DNA of 64,000 nt from Octopus vulgaris (Eukaryota). The notes below the pieces were generated by a model that ran no database searches, was not told where the DNA came from, and was given only the letters and a program-made list of their open reading frames with translations. A program made the position numbers and the translations under genes. The stretch is from positions 43,338,001 through 43,402,000 of the forward strand of contig OX597827.1 in NCBI GenBank assembly GCA_951406725.2, written 5' to 3'. Shown in pieces: positions 13,337 to 26,394 of the stretch. The stretch's first letter is position 1, and every line of letters starts with the position of its first letter.

Positions 13337-13764
13337 AACCCACTTCCTAGTAGCTCATAAGTACCGAAATTTATTGAACATAGACAACGTTAAGGTCAGT
13401 TATACCTGTCTAGAAACTCGCCTGAACAGAATAACAATGAGCAAGCTTCCTAAAGACACCGTATAATGCAAAAATGTATAACGAAATTAGAAAATACTTT
13501 CAGTAATTATTAATGAAGCGAAGTTAAAGTTTCAGACGACTAGAAAAAAAGCTTATTGGTGTGATTAGAAACAGCTGTAATGATAGATTTCTCTATCGCA
13601 ATCTCTTCTTCCCGACGCAGACATGGTACAACCTTATCGAAATATTTAAAATAATTAAAAGAATGATGTGTTGACCATCTGTGTCGACTTCAACTGGTCA
13701 ATCGGGTTTATATTCACACCTCCCCAATATAAACACATACACACATTTATAGATATGTATATGT

Positions 13765-14045
13765 ATGTCACTACTTTTCCGAATTGGGAGGTCAGAGTCC
13801 CGATACTTTGGACATTTGATTAGAATGACGCTGGAAAGAATCCCAAGATGGATTCTTCAATCCGAGTCAACCGGAAGGAGACCTAGCGATAAACGAAGAA
13901 TGAGCTGGTTGGATTGTAGCCATTCTCTCGGTTGGTCAGGCATGTGAATTCAGCCGCAAAGTGTAATGACTGTTGCATCTGATAGGACCCTATGGAAAAG
14001 GGAACTGAGGTCCCTAGCTCCATCACCCTCCGAAGAACAGTAGGC
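13765..14045 (+). mobile_element. RTE-group LINE 3' fragment (ORF C-terminus)
   Basis: LLFRIGRSESRYFGHLIRMTLERIPRWIL..ESTGRRP..K.RMSWLD...VASDRTLW, matching the R.FGH..RM...G.RPRGRP...W...A.DR..W pattern. Confidence 0.8.
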
Positions 14046-14457
14046 GGAGGAAATGGATACGGGCGTAATGGATGTTTTAGAGTAGCAGCGATGAGATATA
14101 AATTGAAATCAATGATTTGAAATAGAATGGAAAAAATTTACTCGAAGCTGAGCTGGTAAATATTATGTGTGTGTATGTGTGTGTGTGTATGTGTGTGTGT
14201 ATGTGTGTGTATGTGTGTGTGTGTGTATGTATGTGTGTGTGTGTGTGTGATTTTATGATTACAGTAAATAAATATAAATACATAACTACCTACACATACA
14301 CACACACACACACATACATATAACTACATATGTACATACACATATAACCTAACACACTTTTAAACGATATATATATCCTGAAAACGCATATTTATATATG
14401 TAAATCCAATTGTATACATACGTATACATGCCTAGATAGATAGATAGATAGACAGAC

Positions 14458-14523
<66 letters not shown>

Positions 14524-14573
14524 GTAGGTAGGTAGGTCGGTAGGTAGGTAGGTAGGTAGGTAGGTAGGAAGAC

Positions 14574-14648
<75 letters not shown>

Positions 14649-15062
14649 CAGATAGATAGAGTGATAAAGTGATATATAGATAGATATATAGATAGATAGG
14701 TAGGTAGATATATCTAAACCCATATATACAGGTATATATTTTCTGACATCAAGGAAGAAATACAATACTTTGCATACAGAAGCACACAAACACACACACA
14801 CACACAGAGACACACACACGCATACACACACACACATGCACATATGTTTATGTATATATATATGTGTATGTATATATATATATATATATATATGCATATG
14901 TACGTATGCATGCATGTGTGTATCTATCTATCTATATATATATGTATGCATATGTACACACACATATATCTTGATACACAGACACATACATACATATATA
15001 CATACATATATACAAACATGCTCAGACAAGTCCAGATTCATATGCACACACACACACATGTA

Positions 15063-15099
<37 letters not shown>

Positions 15100-15208
15100 A
15101 CAGCGTTAACTTGATGTGAAGTGACATTTCTATTTAGTGAGGTGAACATTCTGTAATTGGTTTTTACACCGCCGCCGCAGCCACCGCCACCACCACCACC
15201 ACCACCAA

Positions 15209-15265
<57 letters not shown>

Positions 15266-15516
15266 AAGTGACAACAACCATAACGACAGTCAATGCCTGG
15301 TCATTCAATTTGGTAGAAACAACAATTGAATTTTCGCCCCAGATCATGCTCCGTCCGATGTCCCGAAAACGAAAACGACACATTGGTTTATGTAGCCCTA
15401 GATAGATATAGTATATTAGTCAAAAAAAATTTTTTTAATCTGTAGGATAGTCACGACTAAATCACATTTGCTGATAGGTGATCTGTGAGGCTTATTCAAA
15501 TAACGGCTACTGTTGC

Positions 15517-15840
15517 CTCTCTTCTTCTTCTTCTTCTTCTTCTTCTTCTTCTTCTTCTTCTTCTTCTTCTTCTTCTTCTTCTTCTTCTTCCTCCTCCTCC
15601 TCCTCCTCTTCTTCTGCCTCCTCCTCCTCCTCCTCCTCCTCTTCTTCTTCCTCCTCCTCCTTCTTCTTCTTCTTCTTCCTCCTCCTCCTCCTCCTCTTCT
15701 CCTTCTTCTTCTTCTTCTTCTTCTTCTTCTTCTCCTTCTTCTTCCTCTTCCGCTTCTTCTTCCTCTTCCTCTTCCTCTTCTTCTTCTTCTTCTTCTTCTT
15801 CTCTTCTTCTTCTTCTTCTTCTTCCTCTTCCTCTTCCTCT

Positions 15841-15887
<47 letters not shown>

Positions 15888-15978
15888 TTCTTCTTCTTCT
15901 TCTTCTTCTTCTTCTTCTTCTTCTTCTTCTTCTTCTTCTTCCTCTTCCTCTTCCTCTTCCTCTTCTTCTTCTTCTTCT

Positions 15979-16070
<92 letters not shown>

Positions 16071-16156
16071 TTCTTCTTCTTCTTCTTCTTCTTCTTCTTC
16101 TTCTTCTTCTTCTTCTTCTTCTTCTTCTTCTACTTCTTCTTCTTCTTCTACTTCTT

Positions 16157-16208
<52 letters not shown>

Positions 16209-16238
16209 AATTACAAATACTACTGCTACTACTACTAT
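15517..16238. repeat. Very long (CTT)n/(CCT)n tract grading into (CTA)n
   Basis: Directly visible; explains the three poly-S/L/F ORFs. Confidence 0.95.
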
Positions 16239-16454
16239 TGTAGTGCTGTAGCTGGTGCTGCTTCTGTTACTCGATGTGTGATTACCTGATTTGCTAGAAA
16301 TAGCAACTAAATCTTTTTAAAACTCATTCTGTTTTCAAAACGTAAAGACATATTTCTATCGCCGTAAAAATATATATATGGAATGGACACACCTGGAGTG
16401 ACGTTTGTTCATCGGCATCCCTGATTTAACAACGGTTGCAACACCAGCAGCGGT

Positions 16455-16648
16455 GGAGGCGCAATGGCCCAGTGGTTAGAGCAGCGGACTCGCGGTCGTA
16501 AAAACGTGGTTTCGATTCCCAGACCGAGCATCGTTAGTGTTTCTTGAGCAAAAACATCTATGCTCCACGAAGCTCCGGTGGGGCGAGGTGGTGAACCCCG
16601 CTGCACTCTTTCACCACAACTTTCTCTCACTCTTTCTTCCTACTTCTG
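16455..16648 (+). mobile_element. SINE family C, 5' half
   Basis: GGAGGCGCAATGGCCCAGTGGTTAG...GTTTCGATTCCCAGACC...CACCACAACTTTCTCTCACTC. Confidence 0.88.
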
Positions 16649-17475
16649 CCACAAAGCAGAGGAACCACGGTGTAACCCTTTATGGTGTGGTAAACTTTCA
16701 GACCCTAGTCTAGATTGCGAATCCTCTGTACCCAAGGATGGTTCAGCTCTCCACCCGTTAAAGGTCACCGTTTACGGAATGAGGATAACAAATGTAGCTT
16801 TCGCGCCCGTGCAACCGCCAGTCTATCGCGTGTGGTGGGTGGATCTTCAAGTTGCCACACGCATTCTTAGTAGCTTAGAGTAGGCTCGAATTAGAGATTA
16901 CTCTTTGTGGCTAATGGCGTGAGTCCTGATTGGAAGAAGACACCAGCAGTAGAAGCTTCAGCACGAGCAGCAACAACAATAACAAAGACAGCGACGACGA
17001 CGATAACGACGATGATGATGACAACATCGAAGACGACGACAACAATGCCAACAGTGGCCACGGTAGCAGCAGCAGCCGTCCAAGAATTTGGACCTGTAGA
17101 TCTCCATTTCCAGCGACATCGAGGGCCACCTCCTAGTGGTGTCGGGCGTCAACGAAGAACCCTCGACTACAACAAGACGACCACAGTTTTTTTCCGAGGT
17201 CCGGGGTCTCCCGCCCCCTAAGCCCTATACAATCACCTAATCCCCTTTACCCGTCTTGTTGCTTAACAACAACAACAACAACAACAGCAACAGCAACAAT
17301 TATAGCACTATAACACTCAGAGGTAAATAGTTTTTGAATTGGTAGTGCTGTTGTTGTTCTTGTTGTTGTTGTTGCTGTAGCTGTTGCTAAAGTCTGCAAT
17401 GGGATAATGGCGTAGGGGTTGGTGTTAGGTTTGTGTAGGTGGAGCTTTTGGGATATATGAGGCAAATGGGACACA

Positions 17476-17692
17476 CGAAGGGTGCTGAAAAGTTCTTGAC
17501 TTTAAGTAAAAGAAAATACAGGAGGATTAATTAATTATGATTTTATCAAACATATTCCCCTCTCGGATTCACACACTTATTGCAGCGGTCCTTCAGTTTT
17601 TCTAAGCCCTGTAAAAGAACTTGGAAGGCTGGGCCTCCAGCCAGGCCCCTTCGCGACACCCTTAAATCCAAGATCTTTTCAGCACCCGTTCG
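17476..17692 (-). mobile_element. Mariner-derived MITE retaining the transposase C-terminus
   Basis: ~31-bp imperfect TIRs (CGAAGGGTGCTGAAAAGTTCTTGACTTTAAG / CTTAAATCCAAGATCTTTTCAGCACCCGTTCG), TA on the right and CA on the left. The minus strand encodes AWLEAQPS/LQGLEKLKDRCNKCVNPRGEYV*. Confidence 0.88.
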
Positions 17693-18506
17693 TATGTTCC
17701 CAAGGAAGAAACAAGTTTCTAATGAGGATACAAAGTCCCGCGGTTGCAGATAATGTAGATTATCAAAATAAATTCAGATTTTGAACTTGAGAAAAAGTCT
17801 TGCATACTTTTACTGTTCCGCTTACAGATTGTTTTTGTAATATGCGAATTAGGAGTCGATTTGTTTTTCTAAACACTGTAGCTTATCCAGATTATAAGTT
17901 AGGCATTTACTCACAAAACCAAGTGCACAAACCATTGTAGGTATAAATGTGAATTTATAATCTGGATATAGGAGCCAAAGGTTTCAAAGTAGTTGTAGAT
18001 ATGTAATGTATATATGAAAGTAGATGTACATTTTTTTACTTCCTGAAATACTGTAAACCTGTGTCTTTCTTTTAATGAAAGGTTGTGTTTAAGGAGAGAT
18101 TTGACTGCTATTTATAGCAACTCAAGTCACCACAGACACAGCCGTGTGTGTATATATGTGTGTGTGTGGTGAAAAAATAGTTTTTCTAAGAATATTTTGC
18201 ACAATAATGTTTTAAGAAACCTGAGCATATTTCTTACTGCTAACCATTCAACTTTAAATTACAGTTGTTAATTGTTGGAAGTCAAGTAGACTGAGATGCA
18301 CATAGAGTGTTATCGTATGGAGTGGGAATTCAATACGAAGTTTTGAACGCATTATCTTGTGGATAGTAATCCATCACCTTAAATTTGAAGCCATTAAGTC
18401 TTTAAACATTATTTTATTGGGTTCGGTCTTTCGACTATCATCATGATAGGGTATCACCCAACAAAATTAAATTGATCATACTGACCTCAGTATGTATTTC
18501 AATCTG

Positions 18507-18870
18507 TATCCCTGGGGATTACATCGCCAGGGATACAGACATCCAGCAACAGGACCTCCGTAATGCTATGATGGACCGTGAAGTCTGGCGGGGATTACAT
18601 CGCCAGGGATACAGACATCCAGCAACAGGACCTCCGTAATGCTATGATGGACCGTGAAGTCTGGGCGGGGATTACATCGCCAGGGATACAGACATCCAGC
18701 AACAGGACCTCCGTAATGCTATGATGGACCGTGAAGTCTGGCGGGGATTACATTGCCAGGGATACAGACATCCAGCAACAGGACCTCCGTAATGCTATGA
18801 TGGACCGTGAGGTCTGGCGTAGCACAGTAAATTCCATTGTCTCGACCACGGTCGAACAATGATGATGATG
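18507..18870 (+). mobile_element. Short RTE-like LINE 3' end with 15-bp TSD, 5' fold-back and four 76-77 bp tandem units
   Basis: TSD ATGTATTTCAATCTG at 18492-18506 and 18871-18885, (TGA)n tail. The last unit reads IARDTDIQQQDLRNAMMDREVWRSTVNSIVSTTVEQ*. Units start at 18514, 18590, 18667 and 18743. Confidence 0.85.
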
Positions 18871-18976
18871 ATGTATTTCAATCTGGCATTTATTTTATAG
18901 ATCTCTGCTTGATGGGCTTTGAGGCATAGTGGGACATAATAATCGATTTAACAACAAATGTAAACACACACACATA

Positions 18977-19122
18977 GGTGCAAGAATGTGTGATTGAGAC
19001 GTTTGCTTCCCAACCACATGGTTCTACGTTCAGTCCCTCTACATGGTACCTTGGGCAAGTGTTTTTCTACAAAAGCCCTAAGCCAACCACAGTCTTGTGA
19101 CTGAATTTGTAAGACGGAAACT
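18977..19122 (+). mobile_element. SINE family A 5' half, degenerate
   Basis: CAACCACATGGTTCTACGTTCAGTCCC...CTTGGGCAAGTG...GACGGAAACTG. Confidence 0.8.
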
Positions 19123-19254
19123 GCAACGTTGTTCATCAGAAAATGACCGAGAAACATGTTTACAAGGAAGAGTTGTTTGCTTCATACTCCTCGTGTGCCG
19201 ATTCTGCCCATAAGAAAGGAACAAATAATACAATGTGACTGTAGGTCATAACAG

Positions 19255-19282
19255 CCAGGCAACACCGGGGTGCATAACTAAT
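19255..19282 (+). mobile_element. Possible decayed Helitron 3' end
   Basis: CCAGGCAACACCGGG GC-rich imperfect hairpin followed by CTAAT (canonical CTRR-T); no matching 5' end found. Confidence 0.3.
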
Positions 19283-19372
19283 GTGTGTATATATATATAT
19301 ATATATATAATTATTTATTTATTTATATATATACATATACATACACACACACATATATATATACATAAATAT

Positions 19373-19434
<62 letters not shown>

Positions 19435-19586
19435 GTACACACACATATATATATATACATATACATTTACATATAATATATAAATACATGTATATGTAAA
19501 TATATATATATATATACATACATCCACTTGCTTGTAATGTGTGTATATATATATATATACATACACTTACACTCAGACACACACAG

Positions 19587-19622
<36 letters not shown>

Positions 19623-20105
19623 CCTTAGATGCGTGTTTGTGCTCGCGAATACATTTGTCTGGTGCATATTCCTTTCACTTTAATATACAAATGTTTGCTC
19701 TTCTCACGTCCATTTGGGTGTACGAGTGTATAATGCTTCACTGGCACGTGGGTGCGTTTACGCATTCCGTATGTGTATGTGGATGTGTTTACATGCCTGA
19801 CTCACGGAATTTACCTAGCGATGGCGATGGTGGTGGCGGCGGCGGCGGCGCTGGCGGTAACGGTGGTGGTGGTGGCAGCGGTGGTGGAAATGTTGGTTGT
19901 GGTGTTTCCTGGAGCATTTTTCATGTTCATATGTTTAACATGGAATACTGAACCAGTTATGTATGTATGTATGTATGTATGTATGTATGTATGTATGTAT
20001 GTATGTATGTATGTATGTATGTAGATACGTATGTATGTACGTATGTATAAATGTGAGTGAATATACACCCCACCATACATGTATGTATGTATGTATGTAT
20101 GTATG

Positions 20106-20227
<122 letters not shown>

Positions 20228-20429
20228 CATTCAGCATTTTGCATACTCGCATGACACTGTATGAATTCATGTTTTCACTAATATATTTGCGTACACACAT
20301 ATATTCATTCATGCATACATATATACATACATACATGCATGATCTCAGACATAAATACATATATATACATGCATTCATAGATACATACATAAATATATAT
20401 ACATCCATACAAACATGCATACATACTTG

Positions 20430-20470
<41 letters not shown>

Positions 20471-20934
20471 GTTCAGTTTTCTCTGAACATGTGTCTTCGT
20501 ACACACACTACAAACGAACACTTATGGAGTCTGTTTTCATGCCATTACAATTCCATTATTGCCTTGTAATTATAAATTATAATTACTTGCGTCCGTTCTG
20601 ATTCTCCGAAGCCGCCATTCCACCTCAAGACTTAACGCAGAGGCAGTGTTACGTAACTAAACAATATTCCAGTAATCACGTGTAGAAATTTAAAATTATA
20701 ATTCCGTTGTAATAACTTGCATATTTTTGCTTTCATTGGTTGCCATAGAAGCTTTCTTTGTCTTTTATCTTTAACATTAAGTTAAACATCTGGCGGACAA
20801 GTGATTTCTTCAACTGTACAGCTCAGCTTTCTTTTCTCTGTCCAACATAATTACGTTCGGTCTGTTGCGTCTTTTACGTTTTACAGGGTTTTCACAGAAG
20901 CATTCTGACAATGTCTGTCTGTCTGTCTGTCTGT

Positions 20935-21006
<72 letters not shown>

Positions 21007-21348
21007 TTCTCTTGTTCCTTTTCCTTTTCCTTTTTTTTATTTTTATTTATTTATTTACTTTTTTTTGTTCTTTTCTTCCCTTTTATGATCCCTCTTGATC
21101 GAAAACCTACGCCACCCCCCTTTTTTTTTGTTTTCTTCATCCCCCAAAAGAAAAGCTCTACCTTGTAACTTATTAATTAATCAATTATCTATCTATCTAT
21201 TAATAATCTATTTGTCTGTTTGTCTGTCTGTCTGTCTGTCCGTCTGTCTGTTTGTCTGTTTATCTATCTGTCTATGTATGCATGCATGCATGTATGTATG
21301 TATGTATGTAAGTACGTATGTATGTATGTATGTATGTATGTATGTATG

Positions 21349-21395
<47 letters not shown>

Positions 21396-21484
21396 CATCT
21401 ATCTATCTGTCTGTCTGTCTGTCTGTATGTCTGTCTGTCTTTGTGTCCGTCCGTCTGTATGTCTGTCTGTCTTTGTGTCCGACC

Positions 21485-21518
<34 letters not shown>

Positions 21519-21903
21519 TTATTTATCTATCTATCTATGTGTGTGTGTATGTATATTTGTATGTATGTATGTATGTATGTATGTATGTATGTATGTATGT
21601 ATCTGTCTATAATAATAAAGGTTAAAATTAATTAATCAATTAATAATTAATAATTTTACCAAGTAGTTCGGTATGTTAAAAGAACTATTATCGGTAACCT
21701 TAATAATAATTATGCTCATAATTATAGAATTTATGTATCTGTGTATCTATTTACTAATCCGTCTGTCTATCTATGTACACACACACATACACACACAACT
21801 GTTAAAATACTGTTCTACAACCACAGATATCTCCCAGACAGCAATACTCTACAACTCACGCAGCTTTGATTAACTATATACACACATGGATTCGTTATTT
21901 TCA

Positions 21904-21975
<72 letters not shown>

Positions 21976-22409
21976 GCATATCCATACTATCATTGAATGA
22001 GTTTTTAAGTCTGTATTCCAATTAGATCGTTTAAACGGAGTACTACTGTATGGAGCAGGGGAATGAAAATGCGCAGCTGACTTTCAAGAATGAGGCAAAA
22101 AGAAACCCACCCGGAAATTCTTCACAGCATTGGTATGAAACCAGATATTGTACGCCTCTCTTTTAAACTTGAATTTTGAGGGCTCTGCTGCACTACATCT
22201 CCTAATACAGGACTCGATAATTCATCGGGTGAAGTAGATTTGTATGTGCTTTGGCTCTTTTTTGCAGCATGACATCATTGCTTGCCGGGTTCATACACCA
22301 ATGTAAGTGGGCAAGACTCCCATACAATAGCACGAGTTTTGCTGAGTCAGATATAGTGACTCTGGATCAGATGTTTCTGTCATACTGACTGTTTGTTCTT
22401 GCCGCACCA

Positions 22410-22620
22410 CAAAGCCTCTCTTGCGTTAGATATAATAGCTTACCATTTCAGTGGCTTCTGAAAATTTTCTGGTAACCACTTTTATCTCCTTCACAGTTTG
22501 TCCAAGACTCCTGATCATCCAGTGAACCCTGATTTCAACGAACCTTTTGACACCTATCTCTGCATATTATCTCCGATCCATCGCTTCAGCCAATTCTCTG
22601 ATACCTTTCTCTCTATTATA
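22410..22620 (-). pseudogene. HERO-like (R2 group) LINE C-terminal relic
   Basis: Minus translation AEIGVKRFVEIRVHWMIRSLGQTVKEIKVVTRKFSEATEMVSYYI*RKR, resembling the VEVG.RGF...LG.....SEAAE.AS.W.W.KR end of HERO ORFs. Confidence 0.5.
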
Positions 22621-22659
22621 GAGATAGTGAGTAGTGGATAGGGATTTTCTTCGCTACTT

Positions 22660-23020
22660 CAGGGAGTGACATCCCTGCCTGGCACGAGTCCCGGGCTCAG
22701 CTGGCTCCCGCTGACTGTACCCGGTATGGACCCCTATGTAGGGTTACGGAAAGGAGGCAACCTTCAATGAAATCTGCAGTGGAGCCCCGTAGGCGGTTTA
22801 GTGTTTGACTCGGCACTCTTTCGGAAGCTCCTGCAACCAAGCTGGTGCCAAACGTAATGCTCTGCACTCCTTTGGACTACGTCAGAAAGGTCAAGAGAGG
22901 AATCCTGACGATTGGGCTACTCGAGATTTTCTTACATCTAGCTCAGACCGGCGCAAAACTGGAGAGGACACTTCAGTGCTGCTGCGAAATTTGGTAGATG
23001 CGCAACTCCATTGTCTCCCG
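22660..23020 (+). mobile_element. GC-rich repeat resembling an RTE-type LINE 5' UTR
   Basis: Unusually GC-rich segment with GTGGAGCCCC.TAGGCGGTT and AAGCTGGTGCCAAACGTA words that I recall from RTE leaders; no ORF support. Confidence 0.35.
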
Positions 23021-23059
23021 AGACAAAAGGATGCCAACAATCTCTACATATTGTCTCCG

Positions 23060-23290
23060 ATCCATTGTTTCAACGAATCCTCTGACCCCTATCTTTACAA
23101 GATGGCTTATTGTCTCCGTTCCGTTGTTTTCACAGAGTTCAAAAAATTTACCATATTTTCTGTTTTTCCTGAGAAAAGCGTCTTTGATGTTGGTTCCTCG
23201 GAGACCTGTCATCACTACCGTCTTTACAAACTTTCTTTCTGTGCACCATATGAGAAGACTTAGTCTTTTGGTGCCAAAAGGTTGCGAAGA
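23060..23290 (-). pseudogene. HERO-like restriction-like endonuclease relic
   Basis: TKRLSLLIWCTERKFVKTVVMTGLRGTNIKDAFLRKNRKYGKFFELCENNG....LVKIGVRGFV (ORF 22973-23215), fitting decayed RPD..IW...ELT.P.E.N...A..RK..KY..L...C...G.....VE.G.RGF. Confidence 0.6.
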
Positions 23291-24034
23291 CTGTTGATGT
23301 TTTCCTTCATTCGTTATCAGTCAGTTGCCTCGGTAATTATGTAGAGAGCATGCTGTTGATAGCATCAGTTACATGTTGTTTAGCCCTGAGTCAGTTGTAG
23401 CTAGAGAGTTCAATGATCAAAAGCATTTCAAGCGTGATCAACCTTTTGTATATCTCGTATATCTTAACCAATATTGGCCAATGCGTTATTTTTTTAAGAC
23501 AGCGAGGTGTGATTTGGCTGCTACTTCTGGCAGATCGAGTAGGGTATTTTTAGTGTTTGAAATTAAAAGCGATTTAGAAGGTATTTATTGTCATGTCTCC
23601 ATTTCGACACCATCTCTTGTCTTCCATGCAATATCTAATATGAACACACACACATGCACATACACACACACGGACGCACCCACGCACGCACACACTTATA
23701 CGCACACTCACACACACACACACACACACACATAAAAGCTACAACAACACAGATGCACAGACAATTGATTGCCTACTCATGCGTCGTGCATATCAGATGC
23801 GGAATAGCCGAATCTCAAGCCTGTGTCATAAGCCGTATGCCCGTACTAACCACTACACTGGAGTGAGCCCACACCTTCAACTGTCTAAATCAAATGCCTT
23901 AATATGACAAGCTAGGATATATGTAAGTATGTATGTATGTATGTATGTATGTATGTATGTATGTATGTATGTATGTATGTATGTATGTATGTATGTATGT
24001 CTGTATGTATGTATGTATATATATATATATATAT

Positions 24035-24193
<159 letters not shown>

Positions 24194-24516
24194 TATGTGT
24201 CTGTGAGAGAGAGCACAGGCGATGCTCCAGCATGGCCACAGCAATTCGATTGAAACATGTAAGTGTATAAAAGAAAGAATGAATGAATATGGGCTGGCCA
24301 GATTGGAGCAATCTCAAGTATAATCATCCGAAATTGAGAAGATAATCTGATACTTGACTGAGGAGAGAAAACTTCGAAAGACCCGTCCTTGTTTTCCTTG
24401 TATCGTCTTTCTAGATGTTTTGTTGTCCCATTTTAGTATCACCTTACTCTCCGGATGTTTTGCGCACTTGTCCCATTTTGTATTATATATATATATATAT
24501 ATACACACACATATAT

Positions 24517-24549
<33 letters not shown>

Positions 24550-24586
24550 CATATATATATACATATATATACATATATATATATAT

Positions 24587-24631
<45 letters not shown>

Positions 24632-24703
24632 AAGATAGTAACACCGTCCTAATTAGGATTTTCCACGTTACTTTGACAAATAGACTTTACTCTCTCTCTC
24701 TCT

Positions 24704-24739
<36 letters not shown>

Positions 24740-25559
24740 CTATCCAAAGGTATATATGTATATATGCATCATGTATGTATATATATATTTATGTACGTAT
24801 GTATGTATATGTGTGTGTATATGGATGTATATATTATTAAGTTTGCCATGGAAAAATTTAAGAAATATATACTCTACTTGAAAACATTGAGTAACACTTC
24901 GGTTTAATGTAAATTGCTTTTTCGTATTTAATATAGAAACAAACATCAAATGAGTGCGCACGCGCGCGTTTGGTCTCGTGTTATTTCTCTTAAAATTTAT
25001 GCGTATATAAAAAGTAGACAGACGAAAAATTCAGGAAGAGTCAATGAGTCACAGAAGGGACAGAAGAAGCAAAACAGCGAAGAACAAACAAGAAAGATTC
25101 TCAAGCTGAAGAGGGTACGAGAGAGAGAGAGAGAGAGAGACTGGGGGGAGGGATGAACAGGGAGAGAGAGGGGAGATGTGATGGAATTATTACTGTTTTT
25201 CTTGTCTTTTTTTTTTTGATAAAATAACGTATGAAATAAGTTAACAAAAAGGAGAGCTCTGTCGGGCAAGACAACATATTATTTCCAGGAATTTAGTACA
25301 AGAAACACGACAACGCAGACATTTTTTTATATGATGCGATAGAGCAAAGAAAATTAAAGTGCAATAATAAATAAATAAATAAACAGATAAATAAATAAAC
25401 GAATAAATAGGAAATGCTTTTGGCTAATACATTTTGCACATATCTCCATTCGTCGGGATCGGATTACACATTCTGCAGTTGGAAAGGTGGAAACAACGTA
25501 TCTAACATTAGCGGAATAATTGTGTTGTTTACGACTGTAGTTTTGTGTTTGACATTAGT

Positions 25560-25870
25560 GGAGATACGTGGCTAAGTGGTTAGAGATATTCGGCTCACGA
25601 TCGTAAAATCGTGGGTTCGATTCCCGGCGGCACGTCGTGTCCTTCAGCGAGACACTTTTTTTCTGGCTGTTCCACTCAGCTGGCAAAAAAAATGTGTAGT
25701 GCATGTAATTCCATGGTCCCAGCCTTGTCACATTATATGAATCGCCCTGAGAACTACATTAAGTGTACGCGTGTCTGTGGAGTGCTCAGCCACTTGCACG
25801 GTAGTTTCACGAGCTGGCTGTGAAATTGATCGGATCAACTAGAACACTCTTCGTCGTAATCGACGGAGTA
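25560..25870 (+). mobile_element. tRNA-derived SINE family D (shares its 3' half with family C)
   Basis: A box TGGCTAAGTGG, B box GGTTCGATTCCC, then GTGTCTGTGGAGTGCTCAGCCACTTGCACG...TCGTCGTAATCGACGGAGT as in 4688-4870. Confidence 0.82.
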
Positions 25871-26207
25871 CCGCTTTTTAACATTGTGATTACATTTTTT
25901 TTTTTACTGCTTGTTGGTGTTTCAGCGTTTTGTGTCCTACTATTTTCGTTGTTGCTTTTGTTTATCCGTTGACCAGCCGCGACTAATCAGACATATGCCC
26001 AAAGAAATTCTAACTAACAACCACCAAACCGTCCCGCCTCATCTCTCCTCCTCTTTCTTAGTCATTGTATATCATGTACTACAATGTCACCTGCCGTTTT
26101 CAAACCGGCAAGGTGTAATCGACTGAGGATTTCGCTGGTATTTCTAGCAGATCAAGCGACTACATAGAGAAAATCCCGTTGGCTTTCATGTCGTATGTCT
26201 CGTTCCT

Positions 26208-26258
<51 letters not shown>

Positions 26259-26353
26259 ATAGTAGTAGTAGTGGTAGTAGTAGCAGAAGCAGCAGCAGTA
26301 GTAGTAGCAGTAGTAGTAGTAGTAGTAGGATTAATAGTGTCATCGTCGTCGTC

Positions 26354-26394
<41 letters not shown>

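Noticed and set aside
14928-15405. Overlapping Pro- and Gly/Ser-rich ORFs
   Set aside because: Driven by CCA/CTA triplet tracts, with no domain or convincing splice pair.
18514-18818. Regular repeats superficially like a CRISPR array
   Set aside because: The units are contiguous with no unique spacers and encode a LINE C-terminus; the context is eukaryotic.
24352-24392. CTGAGGA-GAG-AAAAC-TTC-GAAA-GACCC-GTC hammerhead-like string
   Set aside because: Helix I does not pair and helix III is mismatched. It is probably a dead relic in a Penelope-type repeat but not callable.
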